A DNA stretch of 64,000 nucleotides from Botryllus schlosseri (taxonomy: Eukaryota): NCBI GenBank assembly GCA_051294905.1, contig CM119382.1, positions 11,036,001 to 11,100,000 of the forward strand, in the 5' to 3' direction. The position numbers and the translations under genes were made by a program. Positions 52,775-62,669 of the stretch are shown in pieces. The first letter of the stretch is position 1. The number at the start of each line of letters is the position of its first letter. The notes under the pieces are model-generated. The model did not search any database and was not told the DNA's origin. It saw only the letters and a program-made list of their open reading frames with translations.

Positions 52775-52974
52775 ACCGGCTCAAACGAAGTGGTCCGGTA
52801 CGATCTATCGACCCTACAAACTGAAGCCAGGGTGTCGTTGCCCGAGGCCAATCACGACAACACGTCCCCGTACGGCGTGGGCCTATCCACGGACATAGAC
52901 TTAGCCGTGGACGAAAACGGCCTGTGGGCCATCTACGCCACGGAATACAACGAAGGCAAAATCGTCATCAGCAA
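52775..52974 (+). CDS. ADGRL: Exon 7: olfactomedin (TGSNEVVRYDL...DIDLAVDENGLWAIYATE...IVIS-K)
   Basis: tttcgcag|ACC ... AGCAA|gtaagt. DIDLAVDENGLWxIYATE core motif. Confidence 0.97.
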
Positions 52975-53393
52975 GTAAGTCCGCATTCCGGCGCGGTTTA
53001 TCTTATCAGGGCGAAGATTTCAAAGATACACAGTCGGTTAATATTGCGGGAGTTATCCTGGTAGTTTGCAGTAGGTTATGATATACGGATGACTTATCAG
53101 CGTCGAATTCACGGCCGTGATAAACCCTCATGGGAAAATATGTGCGTGGGGACTGTTGGTTAAAACTTGACTCCATAACAGCGACGCGGTGTCGATTCGA
53201 TACACTGCCGACGCTATGATTTTATCCCGTGATTAATTAGCTCGAATGTGTGTTCTGGAAAAGTCGCACTTTGTCAAAACGCACTTGACGCCGAAACGGC
53301 AACTGTGTAGGGCCCTTAACGTTAAGCTCTTTAATTATTCACCACTTCCCTCTTAATTCACGAGTGCCTACTTTTCCGCCGCCCCGTCTGTAG

Positions 53394-53556
53394 GTTGAAG
53401 CATCATAACTTGGAAATTGTGAAAACGTGGACCACGGACTACGACAAGCTGTCGGCGCTGAACACGTTCATGGTATGCGGAGTGCTGTATATGGTGAATT
53501 ATAAAACGCTGAAGATCGACCATATGTTCAACACCACTTCTAACGTTGGCACGGAT
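53394..53556 (+). CDS. ADGRL: Exon 8: olfactomedin (KLKHHNLEIVKTWTTDYDK...FMVCGVLY...NVGTD)
   Basis: gtctgtag|G ... GAT|gtaagt. TWxTxYDK and FMVCGVLY motifs. Confidence 0.96.
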
Positions 53557-54589
53557 GTAAGTTTTTGCGTTGTTTTCAATTTTTGTTGCCATAGCTATAG
53601 CTGTAGGCAGTGTAGATGCATTTTTTTGTAATCTCAAATCGATAACCGTTACGCCATCGCTTTGCAAAACTTATATGTAACAATGTAACACTTCTCTTGA
53701 CCTGAAAGCTTAATCAACCGGAAATTGAGGCTTTGTGTCGATTTTGACGTCACAATGTAGGGATGGCTTTGTCGAAAATTTCAAGTCCAAACATTATTTT
53801 CAGTCATCAGTCCGTTCGCAATATGCCCGCGCGCATTTATGCTTTAAAACTATTTCACTTCGTTTAAATTATTCATTTGGAAACTTTTATTATTCAAATT
53901 AGGTAAAGTGTCAAAACTATGACGGTTTACCCTCCAAATACTGTTTATGCGGTGCGATTTACGACTTCGGCCCAAAATGATACATTCTTTGGCGGAGATG
54001 CGACATATGGCTTCAGTGGTTTGAGATTACCGATTTCACGGTCCCGTATTTCGGGGGAATAATTATTCCTAAACGCATCTGCGCGGCATTCCGTTGTCAG
54101 ACAGACATGCGATTTATTGTTCCGTTTAAATTAATCAGTAATTTTTACTTGGGATGACGATATGACCTTTCAATGTCTTAATAGTTAATACTCGTCACCA
54201 CCATGGCACTGACGTGTAATGTATCTGTTCTAATAGTAAATAGCCTGCAAAGTGCAAACCATATGATAAATCAGGGAAGAAGAAACAACAAATAATTGAA
54301 TAGCTGACTCGTGGTGCAGAACTTTCGGCTTTCATCACAAAATTCTTTGCAAGAATATATATATTTTCACTTTTAAACTATATTGGGTTATCGGTACTCT
54401 AAAGGGACCCAAAACAGATTCAAAGTATGACGTAGCAATCCAAATTACAGACTACGAAATTCGCATTGATACGATTGTAACAACAATAAGCTATGAAGCA
54501 TGTGGTACATAAATATCAACCAGACAAGTAGAATCGATAGATGAATAAAATAAAACCTAATAAATTAAATAAATAATAACTTAATAAAA

Positions 54590-54755
54590 TAACGGCAGTT
54601 GTGTGTGTGTGTGGCAACAATAAAACTTTAAAGTGTATACATTACGATAATAGCAATGCTACAGGTAAAATATACAGATAATAAAATGTAGATAAATAAA
54701 ATATTAATAATAAACAAAGATAACGGCGGTTGTGTGTGTGTGGTGTGTGTGTGTG
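54590..54755 (+). repeat. Duplicated AT-rich + TAACGGC(A/G)GTT(GT)n module upstream of exon 9
   Basis: taacggcagtt(gt)6 at 54590-54612 and taacggcggtt followed by GT runs at 54721-54755. Confidence 0.8.
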
Positions 54756-54804
54756 TTTTATAGTGAATGGGTATCAAATCTTATCTCTTCACTCCCCTCC
54801 ACAG

Positions 54805-55272
54805 ATCGACATCAGAATACCTCGCCTACGAAACACAACATCTACGATTAAATACAACCCGAAAGAGCAGAAACTGTACGCGTGGGACAAAACAATGGCC
54901 ATCACGTACCCACTCAATTTCACCCCGTTAGTAAACCCGTCCATTTCCACAACAACGTCCACCCCGTCTCCGTCCCCCAGTCGCCCTACCACAACCACAA
55001 GGACACCCACCACTACCACCCATCCCAAGGTCATCACCCCTACCCCGCCACCTATACTCCCGCCCCGGAAACGGTGTCCCGCCGTGGAGTCGGGCGGCAT
55101 CATGTGGCCGGCGACTGAGTTTGGGATGGTGGTCAAGGTGCAGTGCCCGGAGCCGTCGAAGGGTAACGCGATTTGGATATGCGGGAATAACGCGTCCGAT
55201 CCGAAGTGGGTGGGCGCGACTCCCGATTTCGGGCAGTGTGTCGCGGAGTGGATACAGGACGTACAGAAACAG
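54805..55272 (+). CDS. ADGRL: Exon 9: end of OLF (YNPKEQKLYAWD), Ser/Thr/Pro stalk, HormR domain (CPAVESGGIMWP...CPEPSKG...WIC...W...PDFGQC)
   Basis: ccctccacag|ATC ... CAG|gtaggt. YNPxxxxLYxW and the HormR Cys/Trp pattern. Confidence 0.96.
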
Positions 55273-55686
55273 GTAGGTGTTACTTGTTCTGTTTTGTCGG
55301 TTATTTTAGTGGTGGACAATACAGGAGTAATTATACTTCTTTATAGTAATCAAAGTCGGTTTTGCCTACCGGTACCTAGTACTCAAGTTGTTATGTTTGT
55401 AGACTTATTTATACCTGTCAGTTTTTTGAGCAAAAGCACTTTCTCTTTAGACTTTGAATTTTGTAAATAGAAAATAGTTACACTTCTACTTGTAATTGAC
55501 TCGAAATTTGCGTTGCTACTTCAAGTTCAGTAGCAAACTGGCGACCATGACTACTATGAACTTGTCTGGCTATCAGTTACGGGAAGGGTGACTTTTTTGC
55601 CCCCCTTTCCAAGACCCGTTACGATAATCTGACCTTGACCCGTTCGGTTTTTGTTCGTTACCTAAACTGGTTTATTATTGTCACAG

Positions 55687-55813
55687 CTGGATGATAATAT
55701 CGGCAGCGCCGCGGACCTGAGCGCAAGTTATCACCGCTCCCTACAGAACAGCATCGACATCGGACTGCAGATGAGCGTTTGGGACATTGTAAAATCCGTG
55801 GAGCTTCAGAAAC
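55687..55813 (+). CDS. ADGRL: Exon 10: GAIN subdomain A (LDDNIGSAADLSASYHRSLQ...VELQK-R)
   Basis: tgtcacag|CTG ... AAAC|gtacgg. Open frame; phases 0 to 1 fit both neighbours. Sequence similarity is weak. Confidence 0.85.
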
Positions 55814-55970
55814 GTACGGTTTTAACAGTAACACACTTTGATTTTGACTGAAATCGATAATTGCCTAGAATAGTTTCTTTTTCACTCGCTTGAAAAGTTT
55901 TAATTGTGCTTGAGTAGAAATGTACCACATTTCCTCTAGTCCTTTACTATTAAATGATGGCTTTGTTCAG

Positions 55971-56491
55971 TAGGGGTTTTCAAAAATGATTTTTTTCTCT
56001 CCAATCGTACTGGCTGCTTGATAAAATTGTTGAGTTACCTAATTTAAGCATACACACCAAATTTGGTTCAATTCCAACCAGTAGCCGCATTGCTACATGA
56101 GAAGAAAGTTTCTATTTATTATATAAAAATAAATAACAAAAAATTCTAAAATTTTCTGTTCACCCCATGGAAGTGTTTGGTTGTCTATAGAAACGATGTT
56201 CACCAAATTTGGTTCAATTCCCACCAGTGGAAGCGGAGTTATTGCACAAGCCAAATTTGGTGAGCATCGTTTCTATGGACAACCTAACACTTTCATGGGG
56301 TGAACAGAAAATTTTAGAATTTTTTATTTATTTTTATATAATAAATAGAAACTTTCTCCTGTAGCAATGCGGCTCCGGCTACTGGTTGGAATTGAACCAA
56401 ATTTGGTGTGTAGGCTTAAATTAGGTAACCTAACAATTTTATCAAGTAGCCAGTATGATTTGAGAAAAAAAGTCATTTTTGGAGACCCCTA
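55971..56491. mobile_element. hAT-type foldback MITE (family D), 521 bp
   Basis: Termini TAGGGG...CCCCTA. Perfect 8-bp TSD TTGTTCAG (55963-55970 and 56492-56499). The two ~240-bp halves are near-perfect reverse complements. Confidence 0.92.
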
Positions 56492-56576
56492 TTGTTCAGT
56501 CTAACTACTTCTGTCTGCCTGTAATCAAAATGGAATAAATTTCTTTTCTTTGCTACATCGCTATTTCTGGTTGCAG

Positions 56577-56707
56577 GGATTCTGACCAAGGCGTACGACG
56601 ACAGGGCGAATGCGGCCAACGTGATGGGATCCATGTTGAAGAGCGTTAGCCTGCTGCTAAGCGACGATTTGGAAGATAGCTGGCGCGGGGTACCCCACAC
56701 TATGCAG
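56577..56707 (+). CDS. ADGRL: Exon 11: GAIN A (RILTKAYDDRANAANVMGSMLKSVSLLLSDDLEDSWRGVPHTMQ)
   Basis: ggttgcag|GG ... CAG|gtacgc. The xVSxLL...xW helix pattern of GAIN-A. Confidence 0.9.
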
Positions 56708-57114
56708 GTACGCCTGAACCGAAGTACCTGTAATTATAGGGTGTAAGCTGTCCGTATTTTAAATGTCCTGTTACCAGAGATGGTCAGTAACAAAGTATTT
56801 TAGTAATTTGGAGTACTCGAGTAGGATTCAACTACCTGGACCATGTAGCCTACTTTCAAGACTCTGAATATATTTAGGTAGATATATTTTTAAGATATGT
56901 TTTCCTTCAAGTTTACAAGTGAAATTGTCATGACAACTGGACGGAATACCCCCTTTATCACGGTGACCGAGTAAATTTTCGAAAATCGCACCAATATGTA
57001 GTCATTTAATCATTTCTATCCACTGCCAAAATTATGACTTGTCGACCAAATCTAATTTCTTTGACCATTTCTGCCTATTACGTAGTTCTGTATTGATATA
57101 ATCAATTGTTGCAG

Positions 57115-57698
57115 AACAACGTATCCAGCGAGCTAATCCGTGTTTTGGAAGACGCCGCTTTCTTCCTGGCGTATGACATGTCCATACCTGCGGCCAACAA
57201 CAGAGTAAACTGGTCCGAAACCATGGTGTCCCTGGGCATCCGCGTGTTCCCGGTGACCCGCCACTCCAAAAACGCGTACCACGACAGCGTGCTGTGGTAC
57301 CCTGGACAGGGCGATGCTGTCACCCTAGACACCAACGCGCTTTTCGCCACGGCTGACGATTACGCGTCTGAAGACACACCGATCACCGCGTCCAACCAGA
57401 CAGTCACGAAACACTTGGCTGTCGTACTGCTGTCGTTTCGCAACATGGGAAAGTATCTTCGCGATATGAATCTGCGTGAAACTGACCCTGTAGACTCGGC
57501 AGTGTTGTCTGTGACGCCGGCGTTTATCACGAGAACTACTACCCGCGAACGGGCGTCCCGGAGTGACCCTGGCGAGCTGGTGATCGTGAATAGGTTCCCG
57601 ATGGACTTGGACGAAAAGCCACTGCTGAGGATGGTGTTTAGGCACGCCAAACCCGGGAAGGAGTATCACGTCTGCGCTTACTGGGATGATAAGAACAG
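57115..57698 (+). CDS. ADGRL: Exon 12: GAIN (NNVSSELIRVLEDAAFFLA...VCAYWDDKN-S)
   Basis: tgttgcag|AAC ... AACAG|gtggga. LIxxLExxAFxLA helix and the GPS-start CxYW. Confidence 0.94.
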
Positions 57699-58640
57699 GT
57701 GGGAACTGATGGTTTTGTACAGAGATAGTCAGCACTCCTACTTTTTTGGACTATACTCGAATAAGTTTTCGTTTACTTGAAAAAACTACTTGCGTCGTTA
57801 AGCTTTTAGACAAATCCCACACGTGTCGACTTCCCATACCATCAAGTTTAACGATCCTTTCAATCTAGTATGCCTACACACTGGTTCTTACAGATTTGCA
57901 ATTTATCAAGCTCTTGTCTCAAGCTTATTGAAATAGGCCCTAATATATGGACATCTAGTAGTTTGCTGAAGCTTACAAAGTGTTCGCTGGAAAACTGAAA
58001 AAGTGCCGTCAGACGCTTAGACGACATAACAAATATAGTATCCCAAGATATGGATTGATTGTATAGCCATGCTCTCAAGTATATGTACTCGAGATGGTGT
58101 TGACAAATATGTTCCAAGATAGCGAGGCGTAATTATTGTACGCTGTGAGAAGGGTATCTTTGTTTGTGCATGAAGTGTTGGTGACTGGTGCCTTTACAAA
58201 GTATGAATTCAATAATCCGGACTGCAGCATATTCGTACTACATAGATATTAACTGATATAACCTTGGAAAGATGATGCGTATAGTTTATTTCACGAATCC
58301 AATAATGGAAAGGTTAAACTTCTCTACCTATTTCGGCTATGGAGTGACTGGTCTGTCGGGACTTCGCAGCGGCTAGCTATTTGAAAGCGTATGTCTGACG
58401 TCAAAATTCCAAGAACTTTACTTGTAGAAGGTTAAAAGACTACTTCGAGAATTAGGACTTGACACAACCAAATACTAAATGTCAAAATTCTCAGAATTTT
58501 CCTTACGGCAGATAACAGACTACAGCGGCAAATATTCACTATTTGCCTTCTCTTAGCTACACGCTCCCGTGCTTATTTGTAGTTTTGGAATTTGTGACCT
58601 TTTTGGCTAAACACTATACCGTAACAACGCTTATTTGCAG

Positions 58641-58907
58641 TGACATGACCCCGCGTTGGTGGAGAAGCGGATGCAAGGCAGTCGAGACCAACTTCACGCA
58701 CACGACTTGCCAGTGCAGCCACATGACGCCGTTCGCGGTGCTTTCGTCCGAATCGTCGTTCCCCGCCATGGGTTCGGACACCCGTCCGTCCGGGCCCTCC
58801 GGCATTTCGAACAATGACAAAGAGCGGGACCTCCCTATTTTGAGGGCGGGACTATGCATTTCGTTACTGTTTTTGCTGCTCGTCGCCGTCACTTTGTTGC
58901 CTTTGAG
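58641..58907 (+). CDS. ADGRL: Exon 13: GPS (W..SGC...TxCxCSHM/TPFAVL) and TM1
   Basis: atttgcag|T ... TTGAG|gtaagc. GPS Cys/Trp pattern, then hydrophobic TM1 AGLCISLLFLLLVAVTLL. Confidence 0.96.
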
Positions 58908-59237
58908 GTAAGCGAAGACTTGCGATTGTATATTTCAGGGTAGTATATTGGAGTATTTGAATTTACCAAGATACTGGTCATAAACAAGCATCTATGCGTA
59001 TTTATGGTTTGCCTTGTTTGTGACTTGTATCTTCATACAATCATATAATCAATACAAATGCAATGTATATTGGAGTATTTGGTTGTCTTAAGTCTATCAA
59101 AAACAAGGTAAACCAACATATTACCCTGAAATCCAATATGCCTTGGTTTATAAAACATCTAAAATTATGACTAGTATCTGTTGAGAAACGTTAAGACGTT
59201 TATCTAGCTGTTTAATTTACACATTTTGTATTTACAG

Positions 59238-59352
59238 TGCCACGAAACGCTTGCAAAGCGACATCAACACCATCCATAAAAATCTTGTACTATCATTAAT
59301 CGCCACTGAAGTCGTCTTTCTGATCGGGATCGACCAAAACGTTGTGCCTGTG
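59238..59352 (+). CDS. ADGRL: Exon 14: ICL1-TM2 (SATKRLQSDINTIHKNLVLSLIATEVVFLIGIDQNVVPV)
   Basis: atttacag|T ... GTG|gtgagt. LQSDxNTIHKNL...E..FLIGID is characteristic of latrophilins. Confidence 0.96.
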
Positions 59353-59469
59353 GTGAGTGCAATTTATTATTGATTTTGACGAAATATAGCAAGTCCGCCT
59401 TTGGGAACATTTCAAATTCATATCGATCATGTGCAATTGTATCCCAGCCGTATCGCATTTCAAGTATTA

Positions 59470-59760
59470 TGTTAGGCAATCATTTCTTATGCATGGACTT
59501 CTTGGATCGAATACTTTCTATTTTGAACTGTGTAATTTGTGCCCCAGCATTTACTGTAAGTCTTGGTGTAAACCTTAAACAATCCTCACTTGAGCAATGC
59601 ATATCCTTAGCACATGTAATACAGTATAATTGTACCCCAGCATTTACTGATCTCTTTGGAAGATTATCAACTAAATATTATTACCGTATCTTAAGCAATC
59701 CTTACTTGTGCATAATCTCCATACATCGAATAGTATCCATTTAGATGTGCCAGCATTAGT
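59470..59760 (+). repeat. Decayed tandem array, ~3 units of ~105-110 bp, in intron 14
   Basis: tta(g/a)(g/a)caatc.t.actt...gcat recurs near 59472, 59576 and 59691. ccagcatt recurs near 59544, 59637 and 59750. Confidence 0.6.
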
Positions 59761-59829
59761 TCTAAACTTCCAAGTCATAGTTATGCGACTTGAGGCCTCA
59801 TTTTATAACGCGTACCCGCTTTTTTCCAG

Positions 59830-60044
59830 GTGTGCGGAGTCGTGGCGGGGTTGCTTCATCTCGGTCTCCTGGCTACTTTCACATGGGCCGCTATTGAAGC
59901 TTTTCATCTCATGGCGATCTTGGGCGACGTGACGGACAGGCGCGATCGTTGGAGGTGGTACTACATTGTCGGATACGGAGCCCCGATTATTGTGGTCGCG
60001 GCGAGCGCCGCCGCGGACCATACCGGGTACGGAACGGGTGTTGT
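59830..60044 (+). CDS. ADGRL: Exon 15: TM3-TM4 (VCGVVAGLLH...YYIVGYGAP...GYGTG)
   Basis: tttccag|GTG ... GTTGT|gtaagt. CxxxAGLLH, W..IE and YYxxGYGxP motifs. Confidence 0.96.
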
Positions 60045-61081
60045 GTAAGTAGTGGGAAGCGATTGCATGCTTCATTTTTCATTTTAGATAGCGGGTTTTC
60101 GGTTGCATCGTAGATTTGTTTTGCGTTTCGTTTCGTTTGCGGTATCTGGCATTGCCAGCACACCGAACAACTAACACGCCTGCAAGCTTCTTGATGGAAT
60201 ACCACTTTCTCCATTTCGTCACAAAGACTAAATTCTTACCATACCTATGACTTGGTTAACCATAACCACATTTACTGACGTAAGCTCCTGATTTGTCGAA
60301 CCCATTGTTTTAATATACATATTCATAATACATTCATTATGAAAATATATTTGGGATCGGGGTTATTTGCCGTTTGCCTGCATTTTATGTTGTATTTGTT
60401 TCTATGTAACGTAGTAACACTCAAACTTTTTAAATTCTTCATTTGCCGACGATTGCCCCCAAAGAGTGTCAGCTAAAAAATCTTTGGGTTTTGATTGTGA
60501 ATATAATGTTATAAATGTATATTCATGTTTTGTACCCCAAAAAGTCTCTGCACATTTTCTTGTGTACTGTTCTGGCTGGACGTCAACGTTGGGGTAATGT
60601 GATGTCACAAATCTCATTCTGTAGTCGTGTATGCCTGCTGTGTGTGGTAGAGATGGCGCTTGTTGAAAGTATAACAAAATGATTAACGTTTTCCTTGGGG
60701 TGTACTTGAAGTTCCTAATGATGTCATTGAAATATTACCGTTCGCGGAGACACACATCAGTTATATAAACAGTGCCTCTGGTAACCAGGTAGCACTGTAA
60801 CAACATTTGATACAGTAGTGTGTCGCTAGAATTCACAAACATTTCAGAAGTAGGAATTGTGATACGTAACTCAATAACAGGATACCGAAAATTTTGATTC
60901 TCTTGCATGTGTTGATATCGTCATTTATAATAAATCTTATAGTGCGGATAACATGTTATACAACTGTTGACAGTCAAGTCCAATATTATTCACAAAGATT
61001 TTGTGTGGAACGGTAGTTTTTGTGATAGCGGTATTTGTTTGTGACTTTTTGGGTTTTAGAAACCTCATTCTTTGTTAACAG

Positions 61082-61228
61082 ATGCTGGCTCAAAACGGAC
61101 GGCAGCTTCATATGGAGTTTCATCGGGCCGTGTTGCTTCGCTATCCTCTGCTGCATCGCTTTTCTGTCGGTGACCATGTACAGGCTACATCTGTACTACT
61201 CTGACTCACCGAAACAAAAATCTGTCAG
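61082..61228 (+). CDS. ADGRL: Exon 16: ECL2-TM5-ICL3 (VCWLKTDGSFIWSFIGP...KQKSV-R)
   Basis: ttaacag|A ... GTCAG|gtaccg. CWL...FIWSFIGP motif. Confidence 0.96.
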
Positions 61229-61292
61229 GTACCGTGTTATGATGTAATTGTTAATGCCGAATCTCGGTAATGACGTTGATTTATATTTTTAG

Positions 61293-61464
61293 ATCGGGCG
61301 TTACGAGATCCTGTGTGCTGATGTTTTTACTTTGTGCCTTGTGGAGCTGCGGTGTGCTGTGGCTTAGCAACTTTCAGCCTCGGGCGACCGCGGTGTTCTT
61401 CTGCATCCTGAGCTCTTTGTACGGCATGGCCGCGTTTTTCCTGCACTGCATTTTGCCGAGCGAG
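61293..61464 (+). CDS. ADGRL: Exon 17: TM6-TM7 (RSGVTRSCVLMFLLCALWSCG...SSLYGMAAFFLHCILPSE)
   Basis: atttttag|A ... GAG|gtaagc, after a 64-nt intron. Two hydrophobic segments and the FxHC motif. Confidence 0.94.
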
Positions 61465-61832
61465 GTAAGCTGGGGATCTAGAGAATTCGGAAATTTGCGC
61501 GTAATCCTTCCAGTAGTATGGAGCCAGATTATATCTCGGTTGGATTTTTAAGATTTCAGCCAGATTCGTACTCGATTGGGGTTCACAGTATTCAAATTTA
61601 TCATTGCTACCCAAGTAGACATAGAAGTAATGTTGTATATTTCTTCTCAATTACATGTGGAAGTAGTGCTTTCCAATGTGTGTCCAAACCGCGTCAAGTG
61701 GATGTAGAAAATAAAAGGTCTAAAAATTATTAAATGAAGATGTTTCGAGAAGCAGATTTCGTCTGTAGCATAATTTTGGCCGTCAGTCGGAAGAAACGGG
61801 CCATTCTTAAACGCGTGTCATCTCCATTTTAG

Positions 61833-62019
61833 GTTCGAAAGCACTATTCTTCATGTTTCTCGCGCGTCGCTAAGCGCACGCGCCGTCGATCTGATCCGTT
61901 TACGAGCCACCGTCAATTTTCGACGAATTCGTCGCGACACGCCACTGGCATAGGACACAACGGTACCGGTAGACACGACCTTACCGGTTCGTACGGCGGA
62001 TTTTACACTCCAGGGACAG
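61833..62019 (+). CDS. ADGRL: Exon 18: helix 8 and proximal tail (VRKHYSSCFSRV...YTPGT-G)
   Basis: ccattttag|GTT ... ACAG|gtaaga. VRKxYxxC helix-8 motif. Confidence 0.93.
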
Positions 62020-62489
62020 GTAAGAGGAGTTTTGACATGATATGATAGTGGGATTAGCTGCAGTATGCTCGTTTATATCATTTTATCATTGGATATATAT
62101 GTATTGCGATTATATTGGGAAAGGCATGACCGTTATCGGAACTAGGAAAGTGTTGGCATTTCCCATGAGATTGGGCACTTAGTAACCCATACCAGCTGTC
62201 ATGGTTGTCTCATGTCTGGTTTAGCTGTCATTGACCAGGTGTTTAACCCCCACTCCCCCCACCCATGAGTATTGTAGCATCACTCTTTTTGACATAACTG
62301 TAAGGATAATGTATGAAGTGGAAATACGTTGATTTTACCCCTGTGCGAATAAAATATTCCCAGTTTTACATTGCGCTACCCGTAGTACCCGTACGTACTA
62401 AGCTCGAATTGGCCCTATAATTTTGAGTTCAACTAATCGCCAGAATCCAAATCCTCGGTACCTGCTCACTCACCGGTTTTAAATTTTAG

Positions 62490-62669
62490 GATGCACGACC
62501 ACTCTGCTGCCGATATCGTCCGCGCAAAGTGCCGCGCTGAACGTCAACCAAGGGCGATGCGTCTCGGACATGGACATCACCCGTATCACGCATATCGACA
62601 ATTCGCGTTTCGCGACACAAAGGGACCGTCACAGCGACGGTTCGGCAGTGGAGCTGGCGCGAGGTCTCG
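62490..62669 (+). CDS. ADGRL: Exon 19: cytoplasmic tail (GCTTTLLPISSAQ...AVELARGL-D); symmetric phase 1-1, 180 nt
   Basis: aattttag|GA ... CTCG|gtaagt. Open frame, GC-rich third positions. The ORF track shows a different frame. Confidence 0.88.

Noticed and set aside
54789-55319. 176-aa minus-strand ORF (also 57325-57735, 57360-57650 and 58614-58892 on minus)
   Set aside because: Antisense shadows of GC3-rich latrophilin exons. No recognisable domain or independent splice signals.
55273-55470. Exon 9 read-through adding a hydrophobic 65-aa tail (possible anchored truncated ectodomain)
   Set aside because: The exon 9 donor is strong (CAG|gtaggt). The extension is T-rich intron running into a family B repeat.
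59264-59744. ORFs on both strands in intron 14, including a B-box-like YCITCAKDMHC
   Set aside because: Explained by a decayed ~108-bp tandem repeat, with in-frame stops.
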